Counted from the first letter of the whole stretch, positions 9,372-18,785 are shown. The stretch: DNA of 63,965 nt, filler included, from an uncultured bacterium (GCA_964449065.1; 3 parts of 3 records of this genome joined end to end with filler, not necessarily neighbours in it), one strand, 5' to 3'. Numbers and translations: made by a program. Notes: a model not told the origin generated them from the letters alone.

Positions 9372-10763
9372 ATGTCATACCGAACCGAAAAAGACACCAT
9401 GGGCGAAGTCCAAGTCCCATCCAAAGCCTATTATGGGGCGCAATCCGCCCGTTCGCTGGTGAATTTTGCCATCGGCTGGGAGACGTTCCCCCGCGAAATG
9501 ATCCGCGCGTTCGGCATCCTCAAAAAATCCTGCGCGTTGGTCAATGCGGAGTTGGGCGTTCTCCCACAAGAAAAGTGCGATCTAATCGTCCAAGCCGCCG
9601 ATGAAGTGATCGAAGGCAAACTGGATGAGCATTTTCCCCTTTCGGTATGGCAGACCGGCAGCGGGACGCAAAGCAACATGAACTCGAACGAAGTTATCGC
9701 CAACCGCTCGATTGAAATCTCCGGCGGGGAACTGGGCAGCAAAAAACCCATCCATCCTAACGATGATGTGAATAAATCGCAGTCATCAAACGATACCTTT
9801 CCAACCGCCATGCACATCGCCGCGGTGTCGGAAATCCATGCGCGGCTGATCCCATCCCTCACCACGCTGATGAAGACGTTTGAAGAAAAAGCCGAACAAT
9901 ATAAAGATGTCATCAAAATAGGACGTACCCACTTGATGGACGCGACACCGTTAACACTGGGGAATGAGTTTTCCGGCTATGCCACTCAACTGAAGCACGG
10001 CCTCAAACGCATTGAAAACGCCTTGCCTCATCTCTATGAACTCGCCATCGGCGGGACTGCGGTCGGAACGGGGCTCAATACACCGAACGGCTTTGCAGAG
10101 AAGGTAGCGGCAAAGATTGCTAAGCTCACCGGGCATCCATTTGTATCCGCAGAGAGCAAGTTTGAGGCGCTATCCGCGCATGACGCATTGGTGGAGGTGA
10201 GCGGCCAGTTAAAGGTGATTGCCGCTTCGCTGATGAAAATCGCCAACGATGTGCGCTGGTACGCATCCGGCCCCCGCTGCGGCATCGGTGAACTGAATAT
10301 CCCCGAAAACGAGCCCGGTTCCAGCATCATGCCTGGTAAGGTCAATCCAACCCAAAGCGAGGCGATGACCATGGTCGCCGCGCAGGTGATCGGCAATGAT
10401 ATCACGGTGGGCATTGCAGGCTCAATGGGGAACTTTCAACTCAACGTGTTCAAGCCGGTGATGATCTACAATGTACTGCAATCCATCCGCTTGCTTTCGG
10501 ATGCCTGTGTCAGCTTCAACGACAAATGCGCGGTTGGAATCGAGCCCAATGAGGCGAACATCCAAAAGAACCTCAACAACTCGCTAATGCTGGTGACGGC
10601 GTTGAATACGCATATCGGTTATGAGAAAGCCGCGGAGATCGCCCACAAGGCCCATCATGATGCTACAACCTTAAAAGAAGCCGCCACCGCGTTGGGATAT
10701 CTAAGCGAAGAAGAATTTGATAACATTGTCCGGCCGGAAAAGATGATCGGGCCGAAAGAGTAA
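9372..10763 (+). CDS. fumC: Fumarate hydratase class II
   Basis: [33 protein letters not shown] signature. Confidence 0.98.
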   Translation: MSYRTEKDTMGEVQVPSKAYYGAQSARSLVNFAIGWETFPREMIRAFGILKKSCALVNAELGVLPQEKCDLIVQAADEVIEGKLDEHFPLSVWQTGSGTQSNMNSNEVIANRSIEISGGELGSKKPIHPNDDVNKSQSSNDTFPTAMHIAAVSEIHARLIPSLTTLMKTFEEKAEQYKDVIKIGRTHLMDATPLTLGNEFSGYATQLKHGLKRIENALPHLYELAIGGTAVGTGLNTPNGFAEKVAAKIAKLTGHPFVSAESKFEALSAHDALVEVSGQLKVIAASLMKIANDVRWYASGPRCGIGELNIPENEPGSSIMPGKVNPTQSEAMTMVAAQVIGNDITVGIAGSMGNFQLNVFKPVMIYNVLQSIRLLSDACVSFNDKCAVGIEPNEANIQKNLNNSLMLVTALNTHIGYEKAAEIAHKAHHDATTLKEAATALGYLSEEEFDNIVRPEKMIGPKE

Positions 10764-10856
10764 GAAGTTGATTTCATGGATTTTATCATCGTGGTTTGTG
10801 GTCGTAGAGTGGAAATGGCTATAACACAAATTGATGTATACTGATAGCAAAGGGAA

Positions 10857-11240
10857 ATGCCGAAAACAGATGTAGTGTTTTACAAAGATGACGGTGGTAA
10901 GATTCCGGTGCTGGAATGGATGGATAGTCTTTCAATAAAAGGACGTAGAAAGTGTTTAATGCGTCTTGGAATACTTGAAGAACTTGGACATGAAGTCCGC
11001 CGGCCGGTTGGTGATTATCTGAGAGACGGAATCTATGAACTTCGCGCCAGTTCACAAGGTATTCACTATCGTATCCTTTATTTCTTTCACGGTATAAAGC
11101 TGGTTGTGGTTTCTCACAGAATCAAGAATGAAAAAGAGATACCTTCAAAAGAGATCGAGAGAGCGGTACAAAATAAGAATATTTTTGAAACGGATCCGAT
11201 ACGTTATTCGTTCTCATGGAGTCAAAATCATGACACATAA
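10857..11240 (+). CDS. Type II toxin, RelE/ParE superfamily (HigB/Gp49-like)
   Basis: LRDGIYELR..YRILYFF..VVVSH..K...P..EIERA pattern; toxin-first order with an HTH gene. Confidence 0.85.
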   Translation: MPKTDVVFYKDDGGKIPVLEWMDSLSIKGRRKCLMRLGILEELGHEVRRPVGDYLRDGIYELRASSQGIHYRILYFFHGIKLVVVSHRIKNEKEIPSKEIERAVQNKNIFETDPIRYSFSWSQNHDT

Positions 11241-11526
11241 ATTATCCGGTATGATGCAGTTTCTTTCTGACCGCTATATAGGGGATGATCCCGTTCTAGT
11301 GGAAGCGCTAGAAGAAGAACGTTGGAATAATCATATTGCTCAACTTGTATATGACCTCCGTATTCAAACCGGTTTGAGCCAAAAAGAATTGGCTGACAAA
11401 GCCGGTATTCATGAATCTGTTGTTGCTCAATTGGAAGAGGCCGATTATGACGGTAATGTCATGGATATGTTTAGAACGATCGTTACCGCGCTGGATAAGA
11501 AGATTGAAATTCGCGTTGTGGCATAG
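11230..11526 (+). CDS. XRE-family HTH antitoxin (HigA-like)
   Basis: Likely ATG at 11230 overlapping the toxin end; LRIQTGLSQKELADKAGIHESVVAQLE HTH. Confidence 0.85.
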   Translation: MTHKLSGMMQFLSDRYIGDDPVLVEALEEERWNNHIAQLVYDLRIQTGLSQKELADKAGIHESVVAQLEEADYDGNVMDMFRTIVTALDKKIEIRVVA

Positions 11527-11742
11527 AATTTTGATGAATATGGTATTTGTATCGATAATTCAAAGAATCCTGCGAGTCTAAATGTAGGTAAGGTTTACCG
11601 TACTTTGCCGGAATCTGATGATTCATATATCATGCTTCGTGTGATTGAAGAGGATTTATCTGAGCCGGATGGGTATCTTTATTCAGCATTTCTTTTTGCA
11701 CTGGTTGAGATTACAGAAGAAGCAAAACGTGCCTTGAAATAA
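11527..11742 (+). pseudogene. Start-less small hypothetical gene, in frame with the preceding TAG
   Basis: 71 open codons NFDEYGICIDNSKNPASLNVGKVYRTLPE..MLRVIEED..DGYLY..LF..VEI; protein-like, no ATG near its 5' end. Confidence 0.55.
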
Positions 11743-11769
11743 TCAGAAAATAATAAAAGGAGCATTTCA

Positions 11770-11991
11770 ATGGGATATTTGATAACCTTGGATTTATCTG
11801 AAAACGTGTATAGACCAATAGAGAAAATGGCTTCCAATCTTGGACAAACGCCGGAAGAACTTGTTATGGAGTGGATTGTGAGTGCGAGTCAAACGGCTGG
11901 TGCAGATCCAATCGAGAGTTGTATTGGGGCAATTGAAAGTACCATACCCGATTGGGTAGACAACCACGATAAATATTTGGGACAGTCTTAA
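11770..11991 (+). CDS. Putative antitoxin partner of the downstream VapC
   Basis: RBS AAGGAG; RHH-like N-terminus; WVDNHDKYL C-terminus; directly upstream of a PIN gene. Confidence 0.7.
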   Translation: MGYLITLDLSENVYRPIEKMASNLGQTPEELVMEWIVSASQTAGADPIESCIGAIESTIPDWVDNHDKYLGQS

Positions 11992-12023
11992 TTTTGATCC
12001 AATAGATATAACCGGAATTTACA

Positions 12024-12440
12024 ATGCTTGAAATTTTTGCGGATACATCAGGTTGGGGCCATCTGTTTGATCCAAAGCAATCCTTTCATTTACAGGCGGC
12101 TTCCATATACCGGGCTAACCGAAATCGGGGTAACAGAATAATTACCACGAATTATATTATTGCGGAATTGGTAGCAATGATGAGCAGTCCATTGAGACTA
12201 TCCAGAACTGAAATCGTTCGTTTTATAGAAAGTATAAAAACGTCAGCATTTGTAGATATTGTTCATATTGATATACAGTTAGATCAAATGGCTTGGCAAA
12301 TCCTTAAACAACATCAAGATAAAGATTGGAGTTTAACGGATTGTGCTAGTTTTGCTGTAATGAAACAGCGAAATATTACAGAAGTATTAACCCATGATCA
12401 TCATTTTGAACAATATGGTTTTGTTCGAATGCTTAAGTGA
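12024..12440 (+). CDS. VapC-family PIN-domain toxin
   Basis: FADTSGW, TTNYIIAE, SLTDCASF, LTHDHHF acidic PIN motifs. Confidence 0.9.
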   Translation: MLEIFADTSGWGHLFDPKQSFHLQAASIYRANRNRGNRIITTNYIIAELVAMMSSPLRLSRTEIVRFIESIKTSAFVDIVHIDIQLDQMAWQILKQHQDKDWSLTDCASFAVMKQRNITEVLTHDHHFEQYGFVRMLK

Positions 12441-12540
12441 TGCCATAACACTTAAAGAAGCTGCAATTGCGCTGGGATATCTTAGAGAAGAAGTATTTGA
12501 TAAAATTGTTCCATCGAAAACGTTGATTGACCCGAAAGAG
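12438..12540 (+). repeat. Diverged duplicate of the last 103 bp of the fumC coding sequence
   Basis: Gap-free alignment to 10658-10760, about 79/103 identical by hand count; encodes DAITLKEAAIALGYLREEVFDKIVPSKTLIDPKE. Confidence 0.9.
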
Positions 12541-12546
12541 ATAGAA

Positions 12547-12828
12547 ATGCAAAATAAAACGTTTGAAGTATCTGTACCCGCTAGTTTACTTGAATACGGT
12601 TTTGATAAAAACCAAATCCAGCAATCCATTAATGAATGGCTGGTATTATCATTATATACCGAAGGGAAAATCTCAAGCGGAAAGTCTGCCAATTTACTGA
12701 ATATAACTCGACTGGATTTTTTGGAGTTGCTTCGAAGACGTGGTTTCTCATATATTGATTTCACGCCTGAAGAATGGAAAGATGAAATGGAAGCGGTTAA
12801 TAAATTGAGTTCTGAAGTGAAAGAATGA
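12547..12828 (+). CDS. UPF0175-family antitoxin
   Basis: LYTEGKISSGKSANLLNITRLDFLELLRRRG pattern; likely ATG at 12547. Confidence 0.85.
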   Translation: MQNKTFEVSVPASLLEYGFDKNQIQQSINEWLVLSLYTEGKISSGKSANLLNITRLDFLELLRRRGFSYIDFTPEEWKDEMEAVNKLSSEVKE

Positions 12829-13313
12829 AAGTTGTTTCCAATACAACGCCATTAATCGGGCTTGCATCTATAGACAGGCTTGATTTGCTTCCAAAGATTT
12901 TTGGAGAAATACAAATTCCTCAGGCTGTTTGGGATGAGTTAATAGTAAAAGACAACAAGCAAGATAAAAAACATCTTGAAATGTTTACCAAGCACTGGAT
13001 TCACATTACATCAGTTCAAAACAACCTTGCGAGAGATGTATTGCTTGATGAACTTGATTTAGGCGAGGCAGAAACGATTGTATTGGCACAAGAAATTGGA
13101 GCCGATTGGATTTTAATGGATGAAAAGAAAGGCCGGCGAAAATTGAATCAATTCGGAATGCCGAAGATTGGCACAGTCGGAATACTACTTCGAGCCAAAC
13201 AAGTAGGTTTAATAACCGATTTACGAAATGAGTTGTTTCATCTTAGAAATCGAGGTTTTAGTATAAGCCAATATGTAGTTGACTCAGTTGTTGAAGAAGC
13301 GGGTGAATTATAA
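12825..13313 (+). CDS. DUF3368-family PIN-domain toxin
   Basis: VVSNTTPLI, IPQAVWDE, LDLGEAETI, LMDEKKGR, GTVGILLRAK; ATGA overlap with the antitoxin. Confidence 0.88.
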   Translation: MKVVSNTTPLIGLASIDRLDLLPKIFGEIQIPQAVWDELIVKDNKQDKKHLEMFTKHWIHITSVQNNLARDVLLDELDLGEAETIVLAQEIGADWILMDEKKGRRKLNQFGMPKIGTVGILLRAKQVGLITDLRNELFHLRNRGFSISQYVVDSVVEEAGEL

Positions 13314-13364
13314 AGTTTATGTTATTGCTAAACACAAAATAATCTTTTTTTGGGAGAAACCAAC

Positions 13365-14438
13365 ATGAAACGTCGTGAGGTATTGGGAATGGCAGCAGGA
13401 AGCGCAGTAGCATTATCGTCGATGAACGCATTGGCGATGTCGCATGGCAAGAAAAAACGCGGCATCAAGCTGGGGTTCGATAACTTTTGTATCCGCGCGC
13501 TGGGGTGGAAGGCTCCGAAGTTGATTGAATACGCCGCGGAACATAATGTCGATGTGTTGATGATGTCTGATCTGAATGTCTATGAAAGCTTTGATGATGA
13601 TTACCTCAAAAAAGTGAAAGCACAGGCCGATGAAGCCGGGTTGCAGCTCCACGCGGGGACAGGAAGCATCTGTCCCTCATCGAATTCATTTAACGATAAG
13701 CACGGCACGGCAGAAGAGCATCTCAAACTCACAATTCGGGTCGCAAAAGCACTAGGCTCCCCGGTTGCCCGCTGTTATTTGGGCAACAGCCGCGACCGCC
13801 GCGGCGACGGCGGTATCTATCGCCATATCGAAAACACCGTCAACGTGTGCCGCAGTGTCCGCAGCTATGCAATCGATTCCGGTGTCAAAATCGCCATCGA
13901 AAACCACGCGGGCGATATGCAGGCGTGGGAACTCAAAGACTTGATCGAAGCTGCCGGTTCGGATTATATCGGCACCACCATCGATTCAGGCAATGCCACT
14001 TGGACCTTGGAAAACCCCATCGAAAACTTACGCATCCTTGGACCCTATGCCGTTTCCGCGGGCATGCGCGATAGCGCCATTTGGAGATCCGAAAACGGCG
14101 CCATGGTCGAGTGGACCAACATGGGAGACGGCCACGTCGATTGGAATGACTATCTCGATCTGTGGGAAAAACTCTGCCCGGATTGCCCGTTCGTGCTCGA
14201 AATCATTTCCGGCATTGGTGCGCGTGAGTATCCTTATTTGCAAAAAGAATTTTGGGAGCCATTCCAAAAAGCCAACGCCGCCCAATTCTCACGCTTTGTC
14301 GCGATGGCAGAAAAAGGCAAACCGTTTGAGGCACCGGCAGACCGGCCGAAAGAAGACAGCAAAAAGCAACAGGTTTATGACTTAGAGCAAAGCTTGGCCT
14401 ATTGCAAAAACGAACTTGGTATAGGAACAAAAAGCTAA
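13365..14438 (+). CDS. Sugar phosphate isomerase/epimerase (xylose-isomerase-like TIM barrel) with Tat signal
   Basis: MKRREVL twin-arginine leader; IAIENHAGD, TIDSGN, MGDGHVD motifs. Confidence 0.8.
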   Translation: MKRREVLGMAAGSAVALSSMNALAMSHGKKKRGIKLGFDNFCIRALGWKAPKLIEYAAEHNVDVLMMSDLNVYESFDDDYLKKVKAQADEAGLQLHAGTGSICPSSNSFNDKHGTAEEHLKLTIRVAKALGSPVARCYLGNSRDRRGDGGIYRHIENTVNVCRSVRSYAIDSGVKIAIENHAGDMQAWELKDLIEAAGSDYIGTTIDSGNATWTLENPIENLRILGPYAVSAGMRDSAIWRSENGAMVEWTNMGDGHVDWNDYLDLWEKLCPDCPFVLEIISGIGAREYPYLQKEFWEPFQKANAAQFSRFVAMAEKGKPFEAPADRPKEDSKKQQVYDLEQSLAYCKNELGIGTKS

Positions 14439-14827
14439 TACCATTTCCAAGAAAGAAGGACTTAGCACCTTTCTTACCTGATCATCCGTATAACATCGGT
14501 ATAAGAAGGGTTTGCAGGCTTCCTGACAACCTTGGGCTGCATATCACTTCTCGCGAGGTTAGTTGGCGAATTGGGTTCCTGGGTGGATTTACGAAGCAGA
14601 GTCAATCCAAGCATAACCAACGGCAAAAATCCCCCGGAGCCTGCGGCTCCATCCTCTTCTGCAAGGGGGGGGTATGGCACGACATTTCAACATTCTCTTA
14701 CAGGCATAACAGCCTATATTTTTGCTGTATTTCTACTTATTAAATGACAATAGAGGCTTGGTCTGAGGTTCGTAACAATACCCTCCATCTAGGACAAGGG
14801 CCTCCAACTGTAACATTGCCTCTATGA

Positions 14828-16126
14828 TTATTTTTTATGAATCTTCGGTTCAGGGGAGTTTTGATATTGGTCCAACATCAAACCGGAAAAATTGACAGAG
14901 GTTATTTTATATGGATGATCTACAGGTTCTGACTGCGCTTTGCTTTTTTCACTGTTTGTTTCTTCTACTTGGTTCAGTGTTTGTCCTTGTTTTAAATAAC
15001 CTACCGAATTATCTTTAGAAGAGAGATATCTTTTATATTGGTTTGGCAATGAGTTAAACGTGTATTTTGATGGAAACATATCGCTATACAAACCAACCCG
15101 ATCATAAAATAAATCATCATCATTTACACGTATTTTAAATCTTTCTAAGGGTATACCCTTGTTCACTCGACTCGCTTCCGTATTTAAAATGTATTGTACT
15201 TGTTCAATTAGATTATCATTATCTATATTTGAATACAGATATGTTTTCGCCAAATAAATTAAATCACCGCCATCTTTAAATTCATGATAGGATATGTCTG
15301 AAATGATATTGTGGTGAACGACAACACCGTCACCGGTTGTTGTAAATGACCATTCTTTATGATACAATAAACCACCATGGTCGAGCGAATATTGTAATTT
15401 TTGAATCTCGCCATGTTTTGGAATTTCAATCTCCATCTTGACTATATTTATACCATCTTCCGTCGTATCCTTTTCAATCGTTTTCAATACTGCGGCTGCA
15501 GAAAGAATGTCATATATTTTTTGTTCTAGAGGATGGCGTTCAAATGAAGTTGAGGTGAATTTATTCGGTACGCCTAACGTCTGATTTTCATCACTCGATA
15601 CGACATTCCACGATGAATTTTGAGAGATGTTCGTTGGAATATCTCCAGACATAGTCACCTCTTCTCTATGGATAGTCACTTCCGGGTCGACAATATATTC
15701 TCTGTCACTGTGTTGCTGCATTGCAAACAGAGTATCATTTTGTTGAAGCAAAGCCATACTGTTCGTATATGCGTTTCGGTAATACTTGCACACTTGGCTT
15801 TGCATGATTTGGCCATGCTCTACTTCAGGATTTGGTATATCTTCACCTGTAACAACACCGGAAAATCGTTTCTGAGCAAGATGTTCCAACCGTTCCGGCG
15901 AACGAAATGTATTTTTAACAAAATAAAGTTCTACGTCACGAATGTTATCTTCATTCGCTTTTCTTAATTTCAATAAATGGATTAACGTAACTGCATCTTC
16001 TTTATTTATATTTTCAACTTGAGACAACTTCGCCTGCGGTATAAGCCACTCAATTGCACAAACATAATTTGATATGAATAATACAATTGTCAATATTGCC
16101 CCAATTAAATGTCTCATTTCCTTCAT
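14828..16126 (-). CDS. AT-rich exported hypothetical protein
   Basis: 432-aa ORF with signal-peptide-like start; composition differs from core genes. Confidence 0.7.
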   Translation of the reverse strand: MKEMRHLIGAILTIVLFISNYVCAIEWLIPQAKLSQVENINKEDAVTLIHLLKLRKANEDNIRDVELYFVKNTFRSPERLEHLAQKRFSGVVTGEDIPNPEVEHGQIMQSQVCKYYRNAYTNSMALLQQNDTLFAMQQHSDREYIVDPEVTIHREEVTMSGDIPTNISQNSSWNVVSSDENQTLGVPNKFTSTSFERHPLEQKIYDILSAAAVLKTIEKDTTEDGINIVKMEIEIPKHGEIQKLQYSLDHGGLLYHKEWSFTTTGDGVVVHHNIISDISYHEFKDGGDLIYLAKTYLYSNIDNDNLIEQVQYILNTEASRVNKGIPLERFKIRVNDDDLFYDRVGLYSDMFPSKYTFNSLPNQYKRYLSSKDNSVGYLKQGQTLNQVEETNSEKSKAQSEPVDHPYKITSVNFSGLMLDQYQNSPEPKIHKK

Positions 16127-16403
16127 CTCCTTTTATTTTGGAAGCATTTTTTGGTTTTCGATACAACTACTCTACGTAAAAACGAAGTGGCGCTATTGGG
16201 GTTGTTTAAAAAACTATATCACAAGAAATCACAAATTGTGAGGAAAAAATGATTTTTTTGATCCGGCATTCGGGAGCGATTCAGGTTGCAGAGGCAGGAT
16301 TGAAGCCGTTCCGGTTCGCATCGTTTTTGGAGAGGATTGGAGTGAGAATGTGTAGTAGGAGGAACCTACCCACTGAAAAATAACACCGGAACGATGGCTT
16401 GGC

Positions 16404-16451
16404 TGTGGAATAATCGTTAAAAATTTGATACCCTGTGGGGAATGAATTGAA
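16404..16451 (+). repeat. 48-bp direct repeat, left copy (47/48 identical to 18723-18770)
   Basis: TGTGGAATAATCGTTAAAAATTTGATAC[C/T]CTGTGGGGAATGAATTGAA; weaker similarity extends about 40 bp leftwards. Confidence 0.9.
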
Positions 16452-16496
16452 AAAAGTAGACAATAAAAATATTAACAAAATTAAATCTTTCAACAT
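16452..16496 (-). pseudogene. Truncated start of an exported-protein gene
   Basis: Strong RBS AAAGGAGA, then MLKDLILLIFLLSTF running straight into the 48-bp repeat. Confidence 0.55.
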
Positions 16497-16525
16497 GGTT
16501 ATATCTCCTTTGATTATATTGTTTA

Positions 16526-17350
16526 TTAATTATTTAACTCATCAGCACTTAATTGATTCCCAGCAAAACTTTGTTTAATATATGTACCTTCTGCAGGTTC
16601 TATATGATAATTTATCTCTTTAAAATTATCCACATTATTAAGGCTGTTTATCTGAATTGCAATATATTTTCGATTACTTTCTTCTGATTTATTAGGACGT
16701 GTAATTAAAACCTGCTCGGGGAACATAAATCCATTATAATTTAATGTAAAATCAATAAACTCAATAGATTCTAGATGAGTACCATCTCTAAAATAATCAA
16801 TTTTGGTTACCGGCTCTTTAGGTATACTTTTTGATTTATTTAAGACTACATTTGTATATTTCTTAGAACGGGTATTCAATTCGTTTAAAAATATACTCTC
16901 ATATCCACTTGATTCTTTTTCGCTTTTAATAGTAGATACATTTTTTAACGGACTATATACAATTAAAAGTGGATTGATATCAAAAACAAATTTCTTCTCT
17001 TCATTTTCAACATTTAATGTTGTAATAAATTTATCATTAGATGTAAGAGGTATCATTAATTCTTTTGTTTCTTTTCCATTCCACAATATCTTTTGTATAT
17101 AGCTTACATTATCATTATTGACAGGTTTACTTTCTATTTCTGCATACCACCAATTTTCATTTTTATATATTAATTTTATCTTTGTTCCTTCAGGTGGATT
17201 GTTTTCATATTTGTTCCATTTACCTTCATGATATAATGTATATTTTAATTCAATTGGTTCAGTAAATGGATTAATATTTTCAATCTGTGAAATAGCGAAG
17301 TTCGTTAACGTTAAAGACAAATAAATAACTAGATAAGATAATGATTTCAT
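16526..17350 (-). CDS. Very AT-rich exported hypothetical protein
   Basis: RBS AAGGAG, signal peptide MKSLSYLVIYLSLTLTNFAIS, 274 aa. Confidence 0.75.
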   Translation of the reverse strand: MKSLSYLVIYLSLTLTNFAISQIENINPFTEPIELKYTLYHEGKWNKYENNPPEGTKIKLIYKNENWWYAEIESKPVNNDNVSYIQKILWNGKETKELMIPLTSNDKFITTLNVENEEKKFVFDINPLLIVYSPLKNVSTIKSEKESSGYESIFLNELNTRSKKYTNVVLNKSKSIPKEPVTKIDYFRDGTHLESIEFIDFTLNYNGFMFPEQVLITRPNKSEESNRKYIAIQINSLNNVDNFKEINYHIEPAEGTYIKQSFAGNQLSADELNN

Positions 17351-17817
17351 GATATGTCTCCTTTTTTAATGTATATTGAAACAGATTTTAATCATTTTCA
17401 AATCACACTCAAGTCACCTACTAATTTACGTAGGAATATTATACAAAAAAATCTATCATATTACACACCCTCGAAAAACTTTAGCGCTTTTATCCCCTAA
17501 CGGCATCTTGCGCAATACTACGATGAAAACAACCGTTACGGTATAATATTATTCCTCACTTTCTATTCATTTTTTTGATAAACCTTATTTATGATTTCCT
17601 CAGAATTTGATTCAAATACATTAGGGATAATGACAGAATAATTTTCTAATGTATATATTTCGGTTAGTTGAGGCCAATATACGTTTCCTTGATACTTCTC
17701 AAGCAGTGAATTGAAGTGCTTCCAGCCTCAAAGGGGCAAACCCAACATCCGTTTTGAAAAACCCCTTCATTAATATAGACGGTAAAATCAGAAAAAAGTC
17801 ACAAAAAATTTCATTTT

Positions 17818-18426
17818 TTACAAAATATTTTCCAGTTCTTCTTTCAGGGCAGCTCTGACGCGATAGGCTATATTTTTGACTTGATTTTTATTCCTCCCCA
17901 AAAGCTCAGCGATTTCCGCGTATGGCTGACCCTCTAAATAATGCATTTCAAGCACTTTACGCAGCGTGTCTGGCAGTTCGGCTAACGCTTGCAAGGCCAA
18001 TGCCTCCTGTACCGCCTGCTCTGGGTGCGGCTGATTTGCTTCGGGATATTCTTCCAACCAATCCGGTAGAGTACCATCATCGCTGAGTTCGCTGAATAAA
18101 AGGATTATACCCTTTTTTCTGGCCTTCACGAAATCGATACTCAAATTAATTACAGATTTCATTAGATAGGCTTTGAAATCGTTGACGGGCTCATTTTCCT
18201 TGATTTTCTTAAAAACATTTAAGAACGCATCATTCACGGCCTCCTCCGCGTCCGCTTGGTTTTTAATGATGCTATTCGCCTTCAGCAGGGCAGATTTATG
18301 ATACCGCTTATATAACAGTATCTCGGCCGAGGCATTTCCGTCACGCAGTGCCTGCATCAGCTCTTCGACGGAGCATTGGTGTAATTCGGCATGAGAATCC
18401 CCGGTATTTTTACCCTGCTTCTCCAT
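17818..18426 (-). CDS. ECF RNA polymerase sigma factor (sigma70 family)
   Basis: Region 2 DAEEAVNDAFL..FKAYL....NLSID and region 4 LPDTLRKVLEMHYLEGQPYAEIAELLG; likely ATG at 18426. Confidence 0.9.
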   Translation of the reverse strand: MEKQGKNTGDSHAELHQCSVEELMQALRDGNASAEILLYKRYHKSALLKANSIIKNQADAEEAVNDAFLNVFKKIKENEPVNDFKAYLMKSVINLSIDFVKARKKGIILLFSELSDDGTLPDWLEEYPEANQPHPEQAVQEALALQALAELPDTLRKVLEMHYLEGQPYAEIAELLGRNKNQVKNIAYRVRAALKEELENIL

Positions 18427-18488
18427 GTTTTTTCCCACTATCGATTGCAAAGGGATTGCCCGCAATCGGATACCTATGTTGAATAAAG

Positions 18489-18505
18489 TACAACATCCAT
18501 GCCAA
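18489..18505 (-). promoter_or_regulatory. Possible sigma54 (-24/-12) promoter for the ECF gene
   Basis: Minus strand TTGGCATGGATGTTGTA versus consensus TGGCACG-N4-TTGC; the -12 GC is GT; upstream palindromes at 18578-18593 and 18651-18675. Confidence 0.4.
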
Positions 18506-18722
18506 AACTGTCATTTATATAACATCTGTAAATACAGCAATATAAAAAAAATCGAATGAATAAATACACTTGGATCTTGCCCGCTATCGGGCATTAAAGC
18601 GGGGTGGGTGACATAAAGTATTACAATTCAACAACTTATTTTAAACTACCCACAAATGGGCGCTGCCCAATTGTGATGCAAAGCTTACCCGCTGGAAAAA
18701 TCAACCGGATTGATAACACAGA

Positions 18723-18770
18723 TGTGGAATAATCGTTAAAAATTTGATACTCTGTGGGGAATGAATTGAA
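18723..18770 (+). repeat. 48-bp direct repeat, right copy (upstream region of the sulfatase)
   Basis: Matches 16404-16451; followed directly by the sulfatase RBS AGGAGG. Confidence 0.9.
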
Positions 18771-18785
18771 TTAGGAGGATAATCC

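Noticed and set aside
11524..11526. Pyrrolysine or amber recoding
   Set aside because: Other genes here (e.g. nrdR, rpsJ, tuf) end normally at TAG, and no pyl genes are in view.
12394..12546. N-terminal extension of the UPF0175 antitoxin in the ORF track
   Set aside because: It is the fumC tail relic read in frame; the likely start is 12547.
14440..14825. Possible IS91-like transposase remnant (ALVLDGG, PPLAEE fragments) or 68-aa ORF
   Set aside because: The motif resemblance is too short to support without a blastx search.
16494..16512. T7-like RBS (AAGGAGATATAACCATG) as vector contamination
   Set aside because: No other vector sequence, and a similar native RBS precedes the neighbouring gene.
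17400..17770. Decayed anti-sigma gene after the ECF sigma
   Set aside because: Only short interrupted frames with no identifiable motif.
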